Positions 55,717-64,000 of a stretch of DNA of 64,000 nt are shown here, piece after piece; positions within the stretch are counted from its first letter, which is position 1; each line of letters begins with the position of its first letter. The DNA comes from Isurus oxyrinchus. Its lineage: Eukaryota. A model generated the notes under the pieces. It made no database searches, had not been told where the DNA came from, and was given only the letters and a program-made list of their open reading frames with translations. Position numbers and translations under genes: made by a program. The stretch is taken from NCBI GenBank assembly GCA_026770705.1, contig JANJGN010000021.1:29388001-29452000 (forward strand). The letters run 5' to 3'.

Positions 55717-56194
55717 AACAAATATAGAAATGTGGTGAAATATAAGATGGTTGAGGGGGTGGGACAGCCTTCTCGACTTAACATTGAGTTCAACAACTTC
55801 AGATCATGAACTCTCTTCTCCATCCCCACCCCCTTTTCAATCCCCCTTTTTCCAATAATTTATATTTTTTAAATATATTTTTCTTTTCCCACCTATTTTT
55901 AAATTTATTTCGATCTATCATTTTATCTCCACCTTTTAGCCCATTTCAATCCCTTCCCCCCACCCCACCCCCACTAGGGCCATCTGCCACTTGTTTGTCC
56001 TGCTTTCTACCCTTAATGTCACCATTAGCACATTCCTCAGCTAATATCACCACTCTCAACATCCCTTTGTCCTTTTGTCTACGACATCTTTGGCAATCTC
56101 TTCTTTGCCTCCACCTATCACTGGCCCTCTATCCAGCTCTACCTGTCCCACCCCCCTCATCCAGCTTATATTTCGCCTCATTTCTATATTTCTT

Positions 56195-56235
56195 TAGTTC
56201 TGATGAAGAGTCATATGGACTCAAAACATTAACTG
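56195..56235 (+). ncRNA. Hammerhead motif with inactivating core change
   Basis: TAGTT-CTGATGA-A-GAGTC-ATATG-GACTC-AAAAC-ATT-AACTG. CGAAACG has become CAAAACA, consistent with CpG decay. Confidence 0.6.
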
Positions 56236-56654
56236 TATTCCTCTCCGCAGATACTGTCAGACCTGCTGAGTTTTTCCAGCTATTTTTTTGTTTCAGAAAC
56301 TAGTGAGTCAGTTTGGCAAAGCTCACTGAACTGGTGTGTATTGGTAATGTGATTTATTTACAAAATTCGCCTTGCGTTTCTGTTGATGATAGTAGTTTCC
56401 AGAGTTGCATAGCGCTGAATGAATGGCTGCCTTTGGAATGACTGTTTGTGTGATTGCATCACTGCAGAATATTTCAGAGAACCAGTGAATAAAATACTGG
56501 AAATGTACAAGATTGTCAGGATCTCCATAAGATATGAAACATGGAAACATAATGAATGGGAAACAATGACATGAAAAGTTGTCAGGTCTGTGGAACTTTG
56601 AAGTGATTGATCCAGACTAACATGTGGCAAAACAATCTGGTTTGGCAACCATAT

Positions 56655-56975
56655 ATTACTTATTTCTATAGCACCCTTAACATAATGAAATGTCCCAAGA
56701 TGCTTCACAGGAGCATTATTAAACAAAGTATGACATTGACCCACATGAGGAGATATTGGTTCAGGTGACCAAAAGTTTGGTCAAAGAGATGGGTTTTAAG
56801 AAGATTCTTAAGGGCGGGAAATGAGGTAGAGAAGCAGTGATGGGTAGGGAAGGAATTCCAGAGCTTGGGGCCGAGGAAACTGAAGGCACAGCCAATGACT
56901 ATTAATGGTGGGGTGACTAAAATTAGGGATGAGCAAGAGGCCAGTTATCTTGGAGGGTTCTAGGCTGGGGGAGGT
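56655..56975 (-). mobile_element. L2-type LINE 3' fragment
   Basis: TTTCTATAGCACC...GTCCCAAGATGCTTCACAGGAG...GGAATTCCAGAGCTTGGGGCC, typical of a reversed L2 3' end. Confidence 0.65.
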
Positions 56976-59719
56976 TTTTGTTATTCTATTTAGATTAGGA
57001 ATCTAGTAATATCCTCCCTTTCTCTGGATAACTTGCCATAGCGACTATGGTAACAATTAGAGAGCAGGTCAATGACCTGTTTAAGTAACAAATCCTGCCC
57101 ACAGCAGAGAATATTTCATGCATCCCCACAGGGTGGAGAAATTGGTGAGTGAGTCATCCCAGGCTGTTCTTGCACAACTACTGTATATACACCAGGGAAT
57201 GGCTCACAGAACAGAGTGAACTAAACAAAAACGTAAAATTGGAACGAGGGAGAGGTAAATTCATTTAAAAACAAATAAACCCTGTTGGTTTTGTAAAACA
57301 CATTGCCTGCACGTGGGTGCTAAATCAAAGATGAAAGACTTCACTGTAATTCATTGTTTCTTGCAGTTTAGCATTTGATTACTGAGAGCAGTAATTTTCT
57401 TTAAATTACTGTCTCACACCTAACAGTCCACCCTAAAATTCAGACTTGATATCATCATTTAATTATACTGTTGTAAACCATCTCAAGTATGCTGATTAAC
57501 AGTCTGCCCCTGTAGCATATTGTGTGCATGCCAGAAGAGTCAGACTGAGGTGCTGGCATACTTGACAGGAATTATAGCTTTATCCGAGAATGGCACCTCA
57601 GGAGCTCAGTTTCTTGCAGTGCACAAACAGCCGGCCTGTTTTTTTTAAACTGATCAGGAGGAGTTGCTACACCTTCTTCTAAAAAAATTGTTGCCCTGTA
57701 GAAAGTACTGCTGTGGAAATATTGCTAAAATCTGATTTAAGTACATCAGCTGAGCCATAGTTTATGTGTTTTACTTGCACTGTAAAAGATTCACTGTTGT
57801 CAGATGAAAAGTCTTTACAAAAATGTTTTGGCTTTGAATTATATTAGATGATGTTATTTCCAATAGCTCCATGACCAGACTTTGCCAGCTAACCTTAGTA
57901 ATCATATTGACCAGTCGTGCTCTCTCACCATCCTCTCTGCATGTGCCCTGGCCCTGGTAATGCTAAGCAAATGTGCAGAGATATTGGTTGCAACACTGTG
58001 GCTCCATTTCACTCCTTGTAAATATGGCTACCTGCCTGGACCTTGGGAACACAAAATTTACTTGAGTGATTTTACTACTTGCCCAGGTGGGGGTGATTCC
58101 TCACCAGACTTATTTTATGTGGAACCTTTGGCTTGATTCTGGTATGCTGCGAGTGAAACTACTCTGTGGCTGCTCTATATAATGTAAATAGAAATGCAGC
58201 TAATAGCTTGTGGCAGTACTTTCAAGTATTATCAGTTCCTGAAGCCATAGACTTCAGTAAATCACATTGCATTTTTCTACTGTTCACCTGCTGTATTAAC
58301 CACATTTCCGCAATACAATGCTAGTATACGTGCTGCACAAAAGAAACCATCTCAGGGTCATTTTAGCCTAGTGAGGTAAACAGGCAGCTCACAGGACCAG
58401 GTAGAACACAGGTTTTACAGCCCGCTCATTGATTTCAGTGAAGAGTAAAATTGCATGGGCACCTGAAGCCATCAGTTTCCCAATGAAGTTAGATTTAAAT
58501 TACCTCATTGACCTCCAATACAATAACAATGAACACAGAACTCTCTGTCAAAGTTCAGTAATGGGTACATTTGCCTTTTTGCATCCATACATCTACAATA
58601 CTTTATTTTTATTGCTATGTCAATCTGGAGACAAAAATCACCTGAGAAGTAGGTGGGGTTGAAGTGTTGTAATCTCAGTTTTGGTTTTCCATGGAATCCA
58701 GATGATGAAAATTGAATACTTCAGATTTCTGGAGTTGATGCAATTGCGGAGGCTGGGCTGGCAGCAGCCCAGATTATTCTTCAGGACTCCAGAGGAGCAG
58801 GAGTGGTCCTCCTGGTCCAACAAAAATCATTTTAAACTGACTGGTATTAGTCCTCCAGTTGACTGTACCACATTGCTGTCTCTCAAAGTGGCAAAGTCCA
58901 ATGGGCATCATACAATCCTAATTGGCATATTAAAAACACCTATCACCTGAAAAAGGTGAGTACTCCATCCAGGCTCGTCTCAGGATTGGAGTGGGAATGG
59001 GACAGTAAATTTCTCTGTAATTTTCAGGCTGTATACTTAAAATCTGGAAACCAGTAAGAAATCCAGTCTATGGCAGAAAATGGACAAGTATAGAGGTTGG
59101 GTCCTTTAGAAAATAAAAAAAGAAGCATATTGAGATATAAAATTGTATGATATAAGAAATAGCCACTAGTTTAAAAACAGTCACATTAATAAGCTGACAT
59201 ATTTTGGTGAAGTTGTTGTGGCCTATTTGGAATCATTCCAGAGCGACAGCATACACAGATTCTGCAGAATGAGAGTCCTGTTGTAGTTGTGTAAGCCATT
59301 CCACATGGAAAATCATTGGAGTCAAGGGGTTTCCAGCAGTACATAGTCTGTTGCTTGGCTTTGTGACTCAGCGCTTTGGCTGGGTACTTTCCTGTTTGGG
59401 TTTAGCAGCCCTTCATTGACCAGTAGCATTGCTCAACATTGAAGCAGTTTCTGATTGTTTATGCAGAGTTCTGTACTCACAAGGCTTTTATTCAGCAGCA
59501 GGTTATAATATAATATGAGCGTGTTTATACTTTCTTTTGAATGATGCAGCTGGATTTTACAATCACTTCCAAATGGTGCTGCACTGAACACAAACAATTC
59601 CAGATTTAAAAAATAAGGAGCCCTTGAGTATATACACAGTTCAGTGAATTAATCTTTTACTCCTTCATTTCTTCTGTTTTGACTTCATCTTTTTAAATTT
59701 AAATGTTTTATGCTCATAA

Positions 59720-59975
59720 ATAAGTCAAAATATCTCAAAGGCATTTTATGAGTTTTTTTCAAATGCAGTCACTATTGTATTGTAGGGAAATGCAACAGTC
59801 TAATTGCTCCCAGCATGGTCCCACAAACAACAATGGTGTAAATGACCAGTGACATTGATTGAGGGATTAAAAATTGGCCAAGATGCTGGGAGAACTTCCC
59901 TGCTCTTCTTTGAATGGTACCATGGGATCTTTTTCACCCTTCTGAGGGGGCCTCAAGGGTATCGGTTTAATTGTA
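59720..59975 (-). mobile_element. SINE fragment (same family as 48125-48570)
   Basis: Shared body: TTGGCCAAGATGCTGGGAGAACTTCCCTGCTCTTCTTTGAAT..CCATGGGATCTTTT. Confidence 0.6.
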
Positions 59976-60070
59976 AATCAGTGTAAAGTATAGCTTCCCC
60001 AACAATGTTATAAGAATGCTATACTTGAAATGCCAATATCATATAATGACCGTTCAAACATTTACTTTGA

Positions 60071-60610
<540 letters not shown>

Positions 60611-62700
60611 AAAGCCAAAGATGTTTGAGCAACAGTAATTATTCAAAAATTTAAACCTTCTCTCTGTATACATTAATTCTAGCTGTAGCTGAGAGAATAG
60701 TGGAAAGAAAATATCCTAATATGTCCATGTACAGAATGTGATTTTTGGTTAAAGGTACTTATTGTATATACGTATTGTCAAATGGTGAGCCATGGTGGAA
60801 AATAATCAGTTCACCTTATAGTGGCCAAATACCCACCAAGTCAAAATGACTTCCAACCAAAGATGATGACCATCATATTTCAAAAACAACAAACAGATTG
60901 GCATGGGTTGGATATAATTAACATTTTAGCATCTCACAACCATCATTTGTTGATCAATTGCAGTTATATAATTGTGATTGGCCACGTGGATACTGGATTG
61001 TTTTCTGCTATGGTGGGACCATAACGTAGTGTTTCAGCACTTGTGTTTTTAAACTGAATTGAAGTGACAGTATATTCTCTTAGCCTGCACAAAATTGCCA
61101 CAGCGACTATCAAAAATATGATAGGCCTCTTTTAATTGACTACTGTGTAAAGATTAGAAGAATCTTGTAGTCACGCCTCCGCTCTTTAGAACATGCACAA
61201 ATACTTGTGTATTTTATCAGAGATTCAAACAAGCCATGCTGAAGTTCTCATGAAGACCAAAAAACAGAAAATAGGGGCCACAAGACATTATCTAGTGACG
61301 GTTGAGTAAACTTTGGAGAATTGTATTTTGATGTTATTGTCCATGTTACTTTTTAAAAATGAGGCAGTGGTGCACGAGCCAAATGATTATAAAAGCATTA
61401 GACATTCATATTCTGAAGTCATCCAAGCCCAGGTACTTCAGTTTACAGCCTGTGTGTGATGGACGAGGACCAAACCAGAAACTTTGGTCCGAACCAAAGG
61501 ACACACTTGGAAATGTTTCTGAAAACCCATGTATTGTATTGTATTTGTGTAAGAAATGTTTTGGAACTGTAATTTGGCATACTTAAAGATACCTACTTAC
61601 ATCTTTGTTCCTCAATGGGCAGGGTTGTACTCATGAAATAACTGTGGATTTTGGTTTTTGGTTTTACTGCACTCCTTAGAGCAAGCTGTGTATGCTGATT
61701 TAGGACACACTCTTTTTAGCTGAAATAGTGCATTCTATACTGGCAGAAATTAATAATTTTAATGTTTGAGTTAATCACCACCAATGAGCTGCAAATGTCT
61801 TTATGTCCATATTACATTTATAAGTAGCAAAATATTTCTTTATATTTACCACTGAATTGACAAAAACTTGATATATGCTTGGATGGATCCAGGAGTAGAT
61901 TAAAGTCCAATTAATTATTTCACTCACCGTGAACTGTAACTTAAAATGCACGAAGACACACAGTGCTACCAATCAGCTGGTGAAATTCTTTAAATAGTTG
62001 GTGAATTTGTGATAATTATGTGCTCTTATGGATATAACAGGGTGACAATTTAATGGCACATTACTTGAGATTGTCTCTATCCTATAAGCCCTTGCATGGC
62101 TAATGTGCATGTGTAGTATGTATTCCAAAAGCAGTGTTACAATGAAGCTTTCAGTTGGTCATCCATACTTTACACTCAGTAGCCAGCGAATGGTTGCAGC
62201 TTTCAACAAAAAATTAATTGATCAAAATGTAAAGTACTTTTTCAAATAATAATTTGTGGTCATTTCACCAGATGTTTGATTACACAAAAGTGTTAAGTAT
62301 TGCTATTCATTGAAGAAAAAGCAATACTTCTGATTAAGATGATTTTTAAAAAAAGTACACTGCAGTCTTGGTTATCCAGAATAATCCTTATTGAACAGAC
62401 CAGTAAATGGCAAACATTGCCTAAACAAGTTGAGGTTTCTTGAGAGCTACCTTTATTTTCGCATTGTTTTCTATTATACTGGCTGTGTTCCATTTAGCTG
62501 CATGTTTCAAAAGACATCCCGCCATCTTTTTATACTCAGTATAAATGATAGCATGAGGAAAGCTTCCAGTTTCTTTGCCTAATGGACTAATTTTCTTCAA
62601 CATTCTGAAGGTGTGTAGTGGCTACCCGAAATTGCCCTGTAAAACACTGATGCATAGAAATACTTTCCAATTAAACAATAATGTAAACAGCCACTGGCAG
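60611..62700 (+). other. RUNX3: Probable RUNX3 3' UTR (end uncertain)
   Basis: Sequence without recognisable repeats after the stop codon. Candidate poly(A) signals: ATTAAA 62670-62675 and AATAAA 63379-63384. Confidence 0.4.
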
Positions 62701-63019
62701 CCTAGAAAATATATTATCGTTTGTACACATCACTAGGCCCTTTACCAATAATGTGGCAGTGGATCTGTTCTATCAGGGATTATTTGGATAATTAAGGTGA
62801 AAAATTGGAAGCTTTGTTGCACCTGTGTTTTGAAATCATCCAGTCATAGTTGGGGAATTAAAATCTAACAAAAGCTTTAAAAAGAAATCGCTTTATTCTA
62901 GATTCTCGATTATTTTTGGTTCATCAAAAGGTTCTCACACTAACAATGAATAAGATTTTCTTTATGAATGTCTGGCTTAAAATCCAAGTTGATTAAATCA
63001 ATACTTCTATGCCTTTGTA

Positions 63020-63170
63020 AGCAATTTTTAACGTCAAATATAAGTTGCCAATCTTTCAATTTTTCAGCACACAAGATGGTGTCTTTTAAATCCTCAGTTA
63101 GGTACATTTTAATGTCGTCAGGTATAGAACATGCAACTTTTATGATTGCAGTATCTCCCTGAACCTTCAA
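63020..63170 (-). mobile_element. Very old CR1-like RT remnant
   Basis: ORF 62940-63170 contains GDTAI...LTEDL...KDWQLIFDVKNC, resembling ADDTKI...LQEDL...WQL.FNV.KC. Confidence 0.4.
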
Positions 63171-64000
63171 AGTTTAAGTCTTAGGAATTCAATAAGGTAC
63201 AATTAATAGTGCACATTCAGATAAGACACAGATGCCACTACAAAGTCTCTCTACCAATTGCATGCTATGGATAATGCTGCTTCATGACAACCTAAGCCTG
63301 GATACTTAGTCATATGTGGAGAGCAGGGAAGATCTCACTTAAGTGCAAGTAGATTTTAAAAGGTTTTACAGGCTGAACAATAAACAGTATCCCATTGTTC
63401 CTTATTCCTTAAGCATGGATCTAGACTGGGACAACACTTGCTAAAGTGTACATTTTAAACACGTGAAAGCTATTTTGACATCTAAGATGTTATTACAAGT
63501 AATAAGTTCGCCCACAGATGTTATTTGGTTGACATAAAGCAATACCCTTTTAGCCAATGGTTTGTATTACAAACCTCTGGTATAAATATATTTATTTTCC
63601 AAAAAGAGAAGCAAAATATAATCTTATTGAATACAGCCTTGTAGTTTCAGGAGGTCCAAAGCCTCTTTGAAAAAAAACAGTGCCAGCTTAACTTTTTCCG
63701 GCTTATCTCTTTTAAGCGTAAAGTCTCCTTTGTAATTTATTTATTAAGAGTGGGAGCTGGAAGCTGTCCACATACAGACATTTATATTTCTGTACAGATG
63801 TATCTTATTTGGATTAAGCAGTAGCACTTATACAAGGGTGTCGGGTTACACGCTTTTAAGTTTGTGTCAGTACGATTCCATCCTATTTAATAATTGAATA
63901 TATTTGTTTTTCAAAAGATTAATTATCTGCCAAGCTGGGCTTTTTAGAAGATTGGAATATTATTTTTTTCTTACTAGAGAAGTGACAATTCTATGCTAAG

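Larger units (their letters stand above)
55579..56290. mobile_element. PLE insertion with inverted pLTR arrangement and 12-bp TSD
   Basis: 55579-~55768 is a minus-strand 3' end. ~55766-56296 is a plus-strand copy starting with QPSRLNIEFNNFRS*. TSD TTTCAGAAACTA at 55567-55578 and 56291-56302. Confidence 0.9.

Noticed and set aside
55806-56303. 165-aa and similar ORFs (40201-40587, 51500-51998) as genes
   Set aside because: They lie in low-complexity PLE 3' UTR sequence.
58354-58506. Short MITE with a central CATTGATTTCAGTG quasi-palindrome
   Set aside because: Termini too degenerate and no TSD found; only suggestive.
60611-62700. Individual miRNA seed matches such as AGCACTT at 61036-61042
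   Set aside because: Expected by chance in 2 kb; not supportable without conservation data.

Overview
Eukaryotic, AT-rich vertebrate DNA, most likely a shark or other cartilaginous fish (inferred from the repeat families). The window holds the complete proximal-promoter (P2, MRIPV-type) coding structure of one RUNX gene, best called RUNX3. It has five coding exons on the + strand: 5384-5653, 7248-7404, 14317-14421, 43690-43863 and 60087-60610 (1230 nt, 409 aa, ending in VWRPY). The distal P1 exon was not found in the window. The introns carry CR1/L2-group LINE fragments, tRNA-derived SINEs, non-autonomous TIR elements, a decayed Gypsy-like gag and several Penelope-like element (PLE) 3' ends. 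The most striking signal is a cluster of PLE-derived fold-back insertions in intron 4. They have clear target-site duplications and carry minimal hammerhead-ribozyme motifs; one is a perfect 95-bp-arm palindrome whose axis sits at the start of the ribozyme core. There is also an unexplained ~180-bp inverted duplication just downstream of exon 3, and clustered RUNX sites that suggest autoregulation. Repeat boundaries are approximate unless a TSD is given.
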